This document shows positions 25,401 to 38,559 of a stretch of DNA of 64,000 nucleotides, in pieces. The position numbers and the translations under genes are program-made. The notes under the pieces were generated by a model. That model saw nothing but the letters and a program-made list of their open reading frames with translations. It was not told where the DNA came from and did no database searches. The stretch comes from Selaginella moellendorffii. Its lineage: Eukaryota > Plantae > Lycopodiophyta. Every line of letters starts with the position of its first letter. Position 1 is the stretch's first letter. The DNA lies in assembly GCF_000143415.4 (NCBI RefSeq), contig NW_003314270.1, positions 963,538-1,027,537 of the forward strand. The letters are read 5' to 3'.

Positions 25401-27639
25401 CCATTTTCTAACATCTCTTTGACATTTGCATATAAAATTTTGATCTCTTTTGGTGACCAATGACAAATAAAACCTTGATTGGACAAGCATCCCTAATTGT
25501 CCCCTAGTTGCCCCACTTGTCATTAGGTTGGATTTTTATTTGCCCACTTTACCCCCTCCTCCAAAAACTTTCTTTTTGAAGCATTGGGGATGCATTGAAA
25601 AATGAATTTTTAGTAATTGTCCAAGAAGAAATAAGAAGAAGAAAAAAAGGAAATGTGCATAAACCCTAGAGAATAAGGGACTTGCTGTGATAAAATACTT
25701 CAACCACGATGAGGTAAATAAGAGATTCATACCAGTCAACTTCCTTAACACTTGAGAGATGGGAAAATTAATAAAAATATCTATATTCTCAAAAGAATAC
25801 AAGCTTCTTAATAACAATAATAAAATAAATGTTTTCAATGGCACTTATAATTAGGGATATTCACTTAATTTAAAACTTTAGCTAAAATTATTTGACTTTT
25901 GGAATAGGTGAATATTCAACACTACCAAATAAGCAAAAGCAAAATTCTTAACTTTATGCACATGCTTAACATCCAATTAGTATGAGGATAAAAAACACTC
26001 AATTCAATACTAGATTGAGAATGAGAATTATAAAATTCTCTCTCTCTTTCAACGTAGGTATATTAGAAATTAATATAATTATAGAGAAATTAAATTTTAA
26101 ATTATATAATTATTATATTTAAGTTTTTATAATACATTTTTTTGTTAAGAAAAATCTAGATATTCTAAAGAACTGAATAACAAAGTAATTAAAAGTGAAT
26201 AGCTTACCTTTTTTTAGTTGTAAAAACTCTAAAAATGTTTAGTACATTGAAGTAGGAAAATCTTGAACTATTTTATAAAAAAGGTAAAATTGATATTAAA
26301 TATTATAAACTATTTACTTTTCTTTAATGTTATTTTAAAGGTGCAAAAAACTGTTGATAATTTTGGTATCCAAGTTAAATTACGTAAGAAAAGTTTTGTA
26401 GTACTAATTTAAGTAATAATAATAAGATACTTTTTCATCATAGTGAAATTTATTGAGTTATATTAGATATATCAATTAACTTTATAATGGTATACTTTTG
26501 CAGTCCTTCTTACTTTTATATATAACACTTTAAAGAATGTTTTCTCAATGATTAAATAGATTTTGATTCTCAAAATGTGTTTTATAAAGATAAAAAATTT
26601 CATGCTTTTGGTTTTCTTTAGAAAACCTTTAGGCTCATTTATTATTCATTTGAAATCAAGCTTTATTTTTAATAATCTTGTTTATCATGAATACAAACTA
26701 TATTTAAAATTTTAGCACTTGCAAGCTTTCACTAGATTCATGATCTATCTAGAGATGATTTTAGTTTTGCAATAATCGTCACAAAAACCACTAAAGATTC
26801 AAGTCAAAACCGTGTAAGAAACAAAAAATTATAGAAAGAAGTGGGGAGTACTATTGATTTAGCCCATACCCATACTTGGCAAAAATCTAGGTGCTATAGT
26901 TACAAGATTATGTAGGCATTATAAAAATCTTTATAACTCAATCTTCAATATTTCAGAATATATGCTTCACGTGGGATTTTTTTCTTAATAGTTTTTCTTC
27001 TCCAATTTTTTAAATTTTGTCCTTTTGTGCTTTATTATATGTATGTGTATTACTGCTTGGGTTGTTGTAAGCTCCAGCAAATCTAATAATCAATATAGCT
27101 TCACTGTTTGTGGAGGGTGTACTTATCGAAGTGTTAAAGTGATTGAAAACATATTGTGCTTAATTTATCCTCTCAATGATTTTAAAAACTAATCACACAA
27201 GTGTCTTTCCAACTTTTACCAGCACATCCTAGTGTGAATCCCCACCACAACTTGGATTGCAGCATGCATAATCTTTATGTATTGTTTTCTATTTTCTCAT
27301 AAAGAGCTGAAATAATTGTCAATTTCTTTGCAGAATACTTTTGACTGTAGGGGTTTTATATGAACTTTAAATTAATTTATTCAAAATAAATTTATCTTTA
27401 TTTACATAAAAATAACTAAAGAAATACAGCAGCAAATTATTATAAAGATATAATAAAGGCATTAAAAATGGGTTATGAATGCATTTTTTAATTGTCTTTT
27501 CGCCCTTGTATTTTTATTGATTCTTCTCTTTGACAGTGCAATTCTTGTTTTCAATGCAAATAAGTTTTTCTTTTTATGCAATAACATCGATTCCAGTGTG
27601 AACAGTGAAATACAAAATCCATCACCACATTGTGATAAA

Positions 27640-27880
27640 GATTAAGAAACCTTGAATGGGAGAAATGCTAGTGACACCAAAGAACAGTGCTTGAACCTTG
27701 CAGGGCCATTAATTCACATAAATCCTTTATGGAGAGCTGTGCTCCAGTTTTTTAATGGAATGCTTACATCACTTTTTACAAACTGAGTAAAAGGAAAGCA
27801 ACAAAAACTCAATTGCTCTCCTCAACGTCAATATACTATGCAGCACACAATTTATAGCTGCGAGCTCCTCAAGCTTGAGA
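27640..27880 (-). pseudogene. Decayed tandem duplicate of the promoter, 5'UTR and first codons of the adjacent 2-ODD gene
   Basis: Colinear matches to 29955-30220: aatgctagtg..c.aagaa.cagtgcttgaa, gccat.aattc.cataaatcctt, acgtcaatat, and an exact 28-mer at 27849-27876 = 30192-30219. Confidence 0.75.
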
Positions 27881-28563
27881 GCAAGGGACAAAACACGAAT
27901 ATAGGCTCGCTATATCTACAATATAACGACACTAGAGTTTTCTGTACAAGAACGGAATACAAAGAGTGATTTTTTACTTACTGCTTCCACGTAATAGAAC
28001 TCTCGAATGGAAAACATTGGAGATCACCAGTTCGCAATTTACCAGGCTTAATTACAAAAGGAATTTTTAGGGCTCTTAGGCTGACAGTTTTAGGGCTTTT
28101 GGAAGGTAATGGATCGCGATCAGCATCTGTTTGGTCCCAGACTGTCTGTGGAGGCGAATCCATCGCTGTACCAAAAGGGATTTTGCCTTTGCTATAGCCA
28201 CGACTCGGGCAGGCGGCGAATATGCCGCGACAAGACCCACAGAGGTACTCTTTCCACACGTTTTTTTTCAAGAGGAGACACTCCTTTGTCCTTGGAATTT
28301 TGTTCCATGGCTGTGCTGTGCTGTCCTTATTGGTGTTCTTTCTCTTCGCTAGTTTTCTCTTGCGGTTTTTCTTTTTTTCTCTCTTTCTTTGGCTCCAAAG
28401 CAAACTGCAGCTTCCTGCATCTTTGGAGATCAAACTGCTGGATGCTCTCTCTTGAAAGCACCAAACAAAATTTAGTTTTTAAGCTCATCTTTCGTACTAT
28501 CTATCGTAAAACTTCTCTTCTTTCTTTGCTTGCAGGCAGCAAGAGCGAAAAAACCTTTTCTTT

Positions 28564-30015
28564 TTAAGGCTTTTCGCTCGCAGCGGCTGCTGCTCCTGGG
28601 AAATCCAGGCTCGTAAAGACGTTGAACGCGTTCTTCCCGAAAAGATTTGAGGTGGTTCTCCAGGACATGTAGTCCATGTAGCGGAAAGGCCTGTGCACGG
28701 GAGGATGATCCCCGTCAACCAGCTCGCTCGGTGCCTGGATCACCAAGTCCTCTGCCACGGGCCCGTAGAAGTAACCGATGGAAACTCGGGGAGTATCCGA
28801 GTTGACAACAGCGCGGTGCTCCACACTTTTATATCTACAATTGCTCCAGGCCTTAGGGAGGAGAAAAAGGAAAGATCACAAGGAATTCACAGAAAAAAAA
28901 ACATTCGATCGTTAGAGCAGCTCAGCTCCGGGAGAGATAAGGAAGCAATCAACAAAAATGATGGAAAAAAAAAAAAAAACAAAGGAAACAGCAGCAGCAA
29001 AAACAAGGAAAGTTTGGATCCAGTCCAGAGCAACAAGAACAACAGACAATACAAGGTAAAAAACAATCCTGGTACCTGGAAGCTGTCGCCGATGTTGATC
29101 ACGATGGCATTGTCTATTGGCTTTACCGCTATCCACTGACCTTTTCTCGCTATCTGCAGGCCTCCTACACTGTCCTGGTGGAGAATTGTCACACAGTTTG
29201 GATCTGTGTGAGGAACAAGGCCGAGAGCCATGCTCGGCTCCGGACACGATGGATAGTAATTGAAGCGAGTTCCAGTGAATCCACAGCCGCTCAGCAAATC
29301 GCTGGCGGTGGACTCCTTCACTCCCAGGCTCAGCACCAGCAGCCGAAGTATGCGTTTTCCAAGCTTGTCCATCTCTCTCAGGTAATCCGTGAAAGTTTTG
29401 CTGCATACAGCCATATACAACTTTAGAAAGCATGATCTTTGAAGTGTTTTTTTTTTCGGAATTAAGGCCTCTTTTTTTCCGCTACCTGATAGTTGTGCTT
29501 TGTTCCGGCCATGCGCAGCTCGCAATCTGGGGAATGGCGGACAGGTCGTGTACATTGAGTCCCTCCACCCAGGAACACGCCGTGTATTTCTTGCGGGAGA
29601 AGCTCTCATAGAGACGGAACTTCCAGCTTCCCTCGGTAGCTTGGATCTTACTTTCGACTGGCAAGCCAAAAAACGATTTTGATAATCCCTCCATGGATTT
29701 CATCAGATCCTGCGGCACACCATGGCTGACAACGTTGAAAAATCCCCACTCCTCGCAGGCTTTGCGCAGCTTCTCGAGGCAGACACGCTCGTCCTCGTCC
29801 AGATCGATCACCGGAAGCTCCAGGCCGCGGATGTATTGATTGTGGAAGACTTTGGGACAGTCACTAGGCGGCCACCTGTGGCTCTCAGGGAAAACTTTAG
29901 ATGAGGACGATGGAAGGTCCATTGCCGCTTTGGAAGTGCTGGGACGAGCAGGGATAAATGCTAGTGGTGCCGAAGAAACAGTGCTTGAAGCAGCAGCGGT
30001 GACTTGGAGTGCCAT
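28564..30015 (-). CDS. 2-oxoglutarate/Fe(II)-dependent dioxygenase (DOXC class, gibberellin 3-/20-oxidase-like), 3 exons
   Basis: Exons 30015 (or 29922)-29486, 29400-29076 and 28851-28564. DIOX_N motif LPVIDL...ACEEWGFFNVVSHGV, then NYYPSCPEP, HTD, YKSVEHRAVVN and RVS, giving the HxD..H..RxS signature. Confidence 0.92.
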
Positions 30016-30191
30016 GAATTCGCATAAATCCTTGTGGAGCGCGAGGACATCAATTGTTACCAGCGGAGGAAAAGCAACACAACGATCTCCACTCAAGAAC
30101 TACGTCAATATCTTCCAGGGACGCAAAACGCAACGCAACACAAACGCAGAGCTCGGGAATGGATGGAGTGGCAATGGGGAAGGTTTTGGGA

Positions 30192-30219
30192 AATTTATAG
30201 CTGCGAGCTCCTCAAGCTT
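30192..30219 (-). promoter_or_regulatory. TATA-containing core promoter of the 2-ODD gene
   Basis: CTATAAAT on the minus strand ~180 nt upstream of the ATG, conserved exactly in the decayed duplicate. Confidence 0.6.
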
Positions 30220-31288
30220 TGGAGAAGCGAGAAGAAGAGGAGGAAGCCACATCTCTTGGCCACTCTTATTCCGGACAGATGATAGAAGGGACAAACTCAA
30301 ATGGATCTTAGAGCATCGACTGGACAGGGACGCAGCCTCCTCTTCGGTAATGGTGGTGACGAGTCGGGACAAAGCTACGTAGTAAATTCACTAAAGTCGA
30401 GTTTTTTATCCCCGTTTTCCACCTTATTTTACTCTTCTTTCGATTCTAACCTCTTTTTCTCGTGATTTGAAGATCCAGGTGTTAGCTCTTGCAAAGATCA
30501 AAGGGTCATCAAAACACGAAGAAAAAGAACTACGTGAATTGTTTAACGCACCAGTGACCTCTACGTCTCGCAAGAGCTATAGGAAGACTTTTATCGTTTC
30601 TAAGGTTCGTGTAGTTAGTTTGCATTGAGACTAGAATCCACTGCTTTCATCAAAATCGGTTTTTTCCCCCAACTTTCTTCTCACTCTCTCTCTCTCTCTC
30701 CGCTTTTGTTTTGGCCTTTCTTTGTTGCTGCGATCGTCTTCTTCTCAGGTAGCTCTACAGCTTCGCGAGCTCCGCCATTGTTGGAGTGTAACTACACACA
30801 CTTATAAAATCCAATAGAAGCGAGAAGAAGGGGGGCAAAAGAGGACAACCATGACGGACCTCCCCATCCTTGCGCCACATGGCCACAATTTAAATCGCCT
30901 AGGCGGGGCCGTACATTGTCGCCACCAAAGAAATCGATACCCTCTTTGTTGGCGTAACGCTGGAAAGGCTTTGTGCCGCTATCACGGCATATTCCCTGCC
31001 CCAAGCGACCTGCTTATATAACTGGCCGTCCTTGGCCCTACGTGTATAAATAGCTACTTGGGCGGATATTACACTACGCTACACACTACAGCGTACTGGG
31101 GTATCTTTACGGGTCGCTTTCGCCCCCTCTTTTGGCGCCCACCAGGGTTTTAAATTCAAAAGAAGGAGAATATCTGGTTGACGTCACCGCCACGTTGGCA
31201 GATCGCGTCACCGCCACGCTTGCAAATTAGGGCAGAGGGAGTTTTCCCGCTCGAGTTTGGGGCAGGTTTTAGGGTTCTTGGGAGAGCC

Positions 31289-31896
31289 ATGGTCGTGCCG
31301 CCGGAGAGCGAGGAGCTGCCGCGCGCGAATATCAAGCGGATTGTCAAGGCCAAGCTCGCGGAGCTCGCCAGGTCGCAGTTAGGGCAGGAGCGCGACATTC
31401 CGGTCCAGAAGGAGGCGTTTCAGGCGTTTGCGGAGAGCACCAGGATTTTCATCCATTACTTGTCCGCAACGTAGGGGAGAAATCTATCGCTCTCTCTCTC
31501 TCAGTTGATCGCTTTTCTTTGTCCAGTGCCAACGATATTTGCCGGGAAACCAAGCGCCAGACCATCAATGCCGACGATGTGCTACGCGCGCTGGACGATT
31601 TGGAGTTTGGAGAGTTTGTGGAGCCACTGCGAGCCTCTTTAGAAGGTTCTTTTCTTCTCTTTCCTGGCCTTTGTTTTCACGATTCTCCAATCAAGCCATC
31701 GTTTTCTAGACTTTTCTCAGCCCGCTCTCACCACTTTATGGATCTTCCAGGCTACAAGGCAGGGAGAAAATCTATGCCAAAGAAGAGCAGTACCTCAACT
31801 AGCAAAAGAAAAACCTCCACCACCAAGAACAAGGAAAAAGCACAAAAGGCTTTTAGAGAGGGCGATGGAGAGGACGAAGAGGAAACAATGCAGTAG
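31289..31896 (+). CDS. DPB4: Histone-fold protein DPB4/POLE3/CHRAC17 (plant NF-YB11-like), 3 exons
   Basis: Exons 31289-31470, 31527-31645 and 31751-31896. ELPRANIKRIVKAKL...FAESTRIFIHYLSATANDICRETKRQTINADDVLRALDDLEF, then a basic and acidic tail. Confidence 0.9.
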
Positions 31897-32050
31897 AGAA
31901 GTTTTCTCTACTTTGGTAAGCATTTGCTTTCTTCTTGCTGGCTAGATAGAGTGCGAAACCATAGCTAAAAAGGGGAGAAAAATCATAGATGCAAGCCTCG
32001 TACATAGATATTTGCTCAATCTTCCAGACTCACAGTTTCTCAAAACTTCT

Positions 32051-34857
32051 TTACAAGTCCGTGCTCTTCTTCTTGGGCTTTCCCTTGGGAGCTTGCAGGT
32101 GCTGCATTACAAAGATCACACACATCGCAATGATCAAGCAGCCCACCAGGAAGCTGAAGAACACCGCGCCTTGGTGCTGCGTCTGGACGAAGCCATAGAT
32201 CCCGGACGCCGTCACCACAATCACGTCGTTGAATCCATCGCCGGAGAAGTCCGCCACCACGATCGGACGCGCTGGTGGCGAAGGAAGCGCCAGAGTTGCG
32301 ATCTGGTGGCCGGACGAGGATATAAGCACTGCCTCCTGCTCGCCAGCCGCGAGGATAACTTCGCCGCGGCCATTCTTTCGCAGCGCCATCACCTCGAGCG
32401 TTGGAACAGCTCGATCCACGCCGAAGCTCGACAGCATTGGCTTGCTCGACCATATAGCTCCCGTGACGATCTGCCAGCGTTGATTACCGGCTGGAGTGTA
32501 AGAGGTTACCTGCAATGCACAAGAACTTAGAACAAGAACTTACAAGAACTTGGAACTTAAGAACTTGCAAGAACTTAGAACTAGAACTAGAAGCTTTCAA
32601 GACAAGAACACGTACCTCTCCACGGCTGGTGAGGAAGATCACGTCGCCATAGCCAGTGGGCCTGAGAAAGAAGACCGGAGGAACAACTTCGATGGGGGAG
32701 GCGTCCAAGTTCCGTCCAAACGTTCTCGACATGAACTCGCCTTGTTGGAAGGCTCCATAGCCCGAGTTTCTACATATGGAGCCATTGAAAAGCTGCTGGC
32801 GTACTAAGGTTCCAGACGAGGCCACGGCCCAGCAAGGCTTGATCGCCTCCATGGTGCCTGCAGCTACGTGAGTCCCGCTGCCTCCTACTGCCTGAAAGAT
32901 CCAAACTTTAGAAAACGCAAGGCACAACGCTTGGACGTAGCTCTCACCTGGACGTGGTCCAAAACTCCATCGCCGTTTATATCAGCGTGCAATCCTCCTT
33001 CGTGAAGCCATAGCTGCATAGAAGTGACGCTCAAACACAAACGAAAAGAAGAAAAGCAAGAAAAGCGGTTACCTTGCAAACAGTTCGACCGCTCGCAAGA
33101 TGCACCGCTTCAATGCCTTCCTTCAAATGCGCCACAACAACGTTTGGCAGCCACCAGTACGAGGATTGATTGGTAATCACTGGGATGTATGCGTATCTCT
33201 GCAAGCAGTAAGAACCGAAAGTTGCTTACGTCGAAACCATGACGGCTCGTCGTACCGTTTTTGGCCGAGCTGAAGTGGCGAGCTTCGCAGCCTTTCCAAG
33301 CGCTTGAGCGACTTTGTTCGAAGGGTCTTTACCAGGAACATGCGGATCATTAGGACGCTTGAGAGGATACCTTTCTCTATTAGAACCCGGTTGTTTCTTG
33401 TGGTGCTTCCTTTCGTGCTTTACAAAGTGCACTAGCTGGAACCGAGTATCATCTCTGCTTTGCTACGAAAAAGGTAGCAGTCATGTAACATTCACAGAAG
33501 GAAAAAATAAACGGTGGCTTACCCAGCGATGTGGCAAAACTTGAAGTATGGACTGGCGATAGTCCCTGCAATGAACCTGTCAACAGCCATAAGTAGAAGC
33601 TAAAACTCAATACTAATCGCTAACGCACCTCGTCGAGCTGACGGCCTTGAAGGGAAGCAGCATCTAGCCTGTAATTGTGCTGGGGTGTGAGTTCAGCTGC
33701 GGAAGAGAGGTCTCGATGAAAATCCTGCACTGCCTTGGCTCAGTACCTTTGCATACAAAACAGTTTTTGCAAGACTCACCGCACTCTTGTGCTCCCATCT
33801 ACGCTCCCCAGTCATACCAGCAAAAGCATAGTATGAAAAATGGTGAGTCTTTCCCGCATTAACATCCTCGGAACCCTACGGGAAAAAAGAAACAAACTTC
33901 CGAGTTGCATCTCTTTCGAGTGAAAGAACGTCTACTTACTTCTTTGGCATCTGCAGCATGCCGGTGACGCTCTTCTTCCTTTTCTGCTAGGAGCTCCTCC
34001 TCGAATGGATCCAAATACACCTAGAAAAGAAATCAAAATGGTGATTAGAGGAGAAAAGAAATAGCACGGAAAAAGAATACCTGAGACTGAGCCTCCATGC
34101 TGCCTCCCACGATTATAAGGCCCGTGTCTCCATGCCGCAAGGTGAAATTACTGATAGAAATGCTCACTTCCTTGTGAAAAGCTCCGTGAGGAAAGTCATC
34201 CTGGAGGAAAGTAATCAGCAGCCATCCACGACTAGGCATCAAGCGAGCAAAGACAATACCTGTACACTCGATTCCCAGAGCTTTTTCAAGTTGTGATCGA
34301 AGCACATAATCACCCAGCCCGCCGTGACTACCACCAGAACTTGCTTCCTGGGCTTTCCTTCGTTATAAGATCGCTGAATGACTCCGGCGGCCATGGCCAC
34401 AGGTCTCCTCCCAGCCGATATTCTAACTTTCTCGGGAAGAAGAGAAACTTCAGTAATGGTTCGTGCCTCGCTGAATCCATCTTCAGTGAGTTTCGAGTGA
34501 GGATCCAGTACCTGGAGAATGAGAGAAAAAGAGAGAGTCGATCACGCGAGCGTATAGACGAGTTTTTCCTTACCAGTAACTTGGAGTCGTGAGTTGCGAC
34601 GATAACTTCGTTGCGACCGTCGGCGTTTAGATCAGTGACAAGAGGGGGCGGCAAGCGCTCGGCTTCGTGCTTGATGGGATACGCTTCGTCGACGACATGG
34701 AACCACGATTCTTTGAACGAGAAGTTCCCTTCGTTCTGGAACAAGAGCAAGGAATTCAAAGAAAAACGATCAAAACCACCCCATTCTCTCTTACCTGGAG
34801 GGAGAAAAAAATGGCGAACGCGGAGATAATCAGAATTCCCAAGTCCCTCTTTCGCAT
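32051..34857 (-). CDS. NERD1: FG-GAP repeat membrane protein (NERD1/At3g51050-like), ~13 exons
   Basis: N-terminus MRKRDLGILIISAFAIFFSLQ-NEGNFSFKESWFH...LPPPLVTDLNADGRNEVIVAT. Repeats ADINGDGVLDHV and ADFSGDGFNDVIV. C-terminal transmembrane helix with a basic tail. Confidence 0.9.
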
Positions 34858-35199
34858 CGTGACCTGCAAGACGATGCGATGGATTTGCAGCCAGCTCAAA
34901 TGGCTCTTTCTTACCCGATTCACCAAAATTCCGATCGCTGCGTGCTGATAGCTCCCTCGACTGATGGATCAGGAAACGCTGCTTTCCCGACGCGCGGAGC
35001 TCTTGCGCTGAAGTTCAGCCATAGCCACAAACCCTAAATTACAGCAAGAACCCTAATTCCCATATTAAAGATTAAGCAAACAAACATTGATAAACATTCA
35101 AAATCACCGTGCGGGAAAATATTTGCCAAAAAATATGAATAAAAAATAAATACATCTTTTCTAATCTTTTTGCAAATTAAAACTTTAATTTCATTTACT

Positions 35200-36000
35200 A
35201 CAGTCCCGGCTTCACTACAAGAAGATTCCTTGGTAGTATCTTTTCTAATTGTCTTTGTCGACTTTCTATTGAATCAATATATATAGACTCCATCCAGGTA
35301 ACACTTGCTTTATCTTTCTTGCTTTTCCAATGGTTTCAGTTGTATATTTTAGTGTTAATCTTCATTGCAGAAAGTTTTCTTCTAATTCTAAGGTTACTTT
35401 GACAAGTTCCTCCAGAGGGCAAAATGCATTTTAAGTAAGTTTTTCAAAGAATTTCTATCGATCTTATACTCTGCACGGCTGTGCCTTGTAGTATCTGCTT
35501 CAGCCGAGGTAGCGTTTAGGGATATGCCAAGGATGTGATCCTCCCGGTAAGGTGCGAGTGGTGGATCTTCACATAGCAATTCTTCTGAGCCAGGGTCCTG
35601 GAGATACAAAGTCAAGCTCTACAAACCAAGTACGAAGAGAGACACACACCTTTACTTGGCTCATTCTTATGTTATAACAGGTTTGATCCAGTTTCTTCTC
35701 ACAAGATTTGCATTTCATCAGCAGTTTGAGCAATCTACGAGTTTGGTGTATGCTTATCCATGACAGTGGCATTGTGTCTCTGGAGTAGCACTGTTGGAAG
35801 GTCGACAATGTTGGTACAACCAATGACCACCACTTTCTTCCTTTCTTGTATCGAGTAAGAAGCTCTAGGCAAGCTCACGAGATGCATGGCATGAAAATTG
35901 GCTGGAAATCACCGAGAGCCAGCTTATCCAATGGAGGCCATCCACATTTCTCGAGGCTTATCTCTTGGAAGACAGTTTCTGGCTGGATCTTCTGAAACTG
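35200..36000 (-). pseudogene. Spliced gene remnant of unknown family (stops/frameshifts); paralogous segment at 42860-43080
   Basis: GT-AG flanked exon-like blocks. EDP(P)LAPYREDHILG.S..ATSAEADT.RHSRAEYKI.RNSLKNLLK is shared with the 42860-43237 ORF. Confidence 0.45.
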
Positions 36001-38559
36001 GGAAGAAAACGATGAAGAGCATACTATTGGTTAATCTAGTAGTATTTCAGCCTCTAGTATGCAATCGTTAGAAATCTTCTGACACTTCATTCATTCGCTG
36101 GAACTTGTAACAATGTGGATGGTACTCTCACAGTACAAGAGGGATCCTCTAGATCGACCTCAGCATCAGCTGCCTGCCGTCTTCGTTAGAAACGCGAGCT
36201 CGCTGGGAGTGCGGACTAGAGCCTGAAAGATCTCACATGCTGCATCAAAGGTAAGAAGCTCTGAATCTCCTCCAGTGAGCATCAAAGTACAATCCAAGCA
36301 AGAATGCAGAAAGGGATGTCAATCATGTAAAATCTAGTACTTCATTTTAAATAGTTTACTGCAAAACACTTGGTTTGCTTTGGAAAAAAATTATTCTATT
36401 TTTTTTGTTGCTAGAGTTATCTAAAATATTATTAATACAAAGGCATGAGCTATTCTCATGACTAATAAATAATATAAATTAATTATTTTAATAATTATAT
36501 AGAATTTCCTACATATATAACTGTCTAAAATTAAAATATAATTTTTTCAAATTTAAAATTTTTTATTTAAGTAAATAATATTCTGGAAATTAGTCAAAGT
36601 TTAAATAGAAATAAATATCCTATAATTTCTATTTAGAATATTATTTAATCAATTAATCTAGTAAACTTCAAACTCCCTGGTTAGACTATTTTGGCTTGTA
36701 TAGAAAGTGTTGAAGCACTCTTAACGTTCAATAAACTAGAACACAAATGACAATCACTCATATACATTATGATAATGGAATTTAAAATAACTATATGTAT
36801 TATATAACAAAGGAGAGCTCTATCTATCACATATCTACCACTTATTGGCTATGCTAGGAATTCCATTGTAAACTTTTCCTCATAGGATTTGAACTCAAGA
36901 CTTGTTATGCACACATTTAGGATTAGCATTGATTCATATCCAAATTAGATTTCTGGATTAGCTAGGGGTTGGACCAATTTAGTTTTTAGATCCTTTATAA
37001 AAAAAATAATTTTTATATTTAGACTATTCAATACAAATTCATCTTTTCTTTTCCATTGTTAATAGTTTATTAATAGTTTATTTTATTTCCTCAGTTGGAA
37101 CACTTTGGCTTTGTAATTTTCTTTTTTTCAATTCCAGTCAAATATTAATATTCTGTGGAAGTTATATCAAACATTAGAGTAATCCAATATGGAACTTCAC
37201 CCACAACCCTAGTAAATTATTCAAAACCAACAACAACTTCTTAATTCAGAGTTAAAGATTGGTATGCTAATAAAGTTTGATGGTATATGGTTTAAGTTCT
37301 GAGGCTTCTTTAATAAAGTTAGGCTTTGAATCACCATGAAGTGACTAATATTCCATTCTGACTTCTTGTGTGGGCCTAATCAAATCTCTTTCTTACTGGG
37401 ATGCTTATTTCTTTGTTCTTTGCCCTTTTTGAAAATAATGATCTTATCTTCAAGATTTCAATCTCTTTGTTCAATAATTCACTAGTATGTTTAGTGATAT
37501 TAATCAAGAATGCACCACAAAAAATAAATTGTAACAATTGCATTAAAGTTCCAAGTTTGTATCCACTTATGAATTAGAGTTCCAAATGATCACCACTGAT
37601 ATTTCATAGGATGATGCAACCCTAAAAAAACATTTTTACTTTAGTCTCAAAAGGTCTTATGCTTTTTCATCCAGATCTAATATCTCTTACAATTACCATT
37701 AGCCTTATTGTTTATTGTAATAATCAATTGTAAGAACAAGATTTGAGCATATTTATCAAAATTTATTATTTTTTTAATGGCCCCAAATTTAGAGCAACCA
37801 ACATATAAACAAAGCAATGGAGATTGGAGCCAGACATCAACAATATCTTTTTTATGATAAATGATGACACTAGATCAAAAACCACCTTCATATATATTGT
37901 GGCTAGACCACTTCAAAAAACAATATCTTCATCTTTGTGCATGCTTTAAGGCTCTTACAGTAAATATAACATACATAATTTTAGAAAAAAAAAAATTTAG
38001 TCTAATTAAGGGTTTTCTTTTTTTTATATTGGTTCCATGTTTTCTTTACAGATCTTTAAGAATTTCTATATCATTACTCACTTTCAGTCCATTAAATCTG
38101 ATTTCTCCTTTTGAGTTTTAGATGACATCAATGCTAATGTAAACTTTATTGATAAAAAGTTTGCACTTTCTTGTGGCATTCTCTTTCAACTAGCACAATA
38201 TTCAATTTGTGTTGAAGTGGTAGACTATTAATAAATCTCCTTTAGGTTCATTACACACGAGATTGAGTTGATGAAGGTGATAATTTTTGGGACTTGTCAT
38301 AGCATCACTTTTAATGTTGTTTCTATCCCAAAAGCTTTCATCATTTTTAATCTTATTTGGTTTAAGCATGTGATCAGTGGATTGGAAGTGACAAGATACT
38401 AATTGGATAATTCTCCCTTTCTTTAAGTCTTTTTCCTGTTTTTCCAATCCAAATTTCTCACATTTCTTTAAATATCAATATCTTTATTCTATCTTTGTAA
38501 TTATTGTTCATCCAGCTGCAACTTTATATATTATGATCAAATTTATTCTTCCCTCCAAA

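Larger units (their letters stand above)
15860..25480 (-). mobile_element. Old Ty3/gypsy element hosting the nested insertion: RT 25480-24880, RH-INT(N) 23610-24670 inverted, INT core/C-terminus 23600-23434 plus 16502-15960, LTR remnant ~15860-15952
   Basis: RT YPLPHTVNLLNYLG...MLFGLNNVLA. The integrase segment SAYHP*LNGLV..VQT|FKGMIMKYVN is split exactly at the GGTCT TSD. C-terminal EIMHIQQLK is HVQRLK-like. Confidence 0.7.

Noticed and set aside
25900-27600. AT-rich tracts (also 36.3-38.4 and 52.9-53.9 kb) as organellar insertions or Helitrons
   Set aside because: No organellar gene or Helitron terminus could be recognised by eye; left unassigned.
27978-28567. 151/152-aa ORFs downstream of the dioxygenase
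   Set aside because: Low-complexity A/T tracts and no motifs; probably 3'UTR or intergenic.
36884-36897. B-box-like GAGTTCAAATCC on the minus strand (SINE/tRNA)
   Set aside because: Isolated, with no A-box or structure, in AT-rich DNA.
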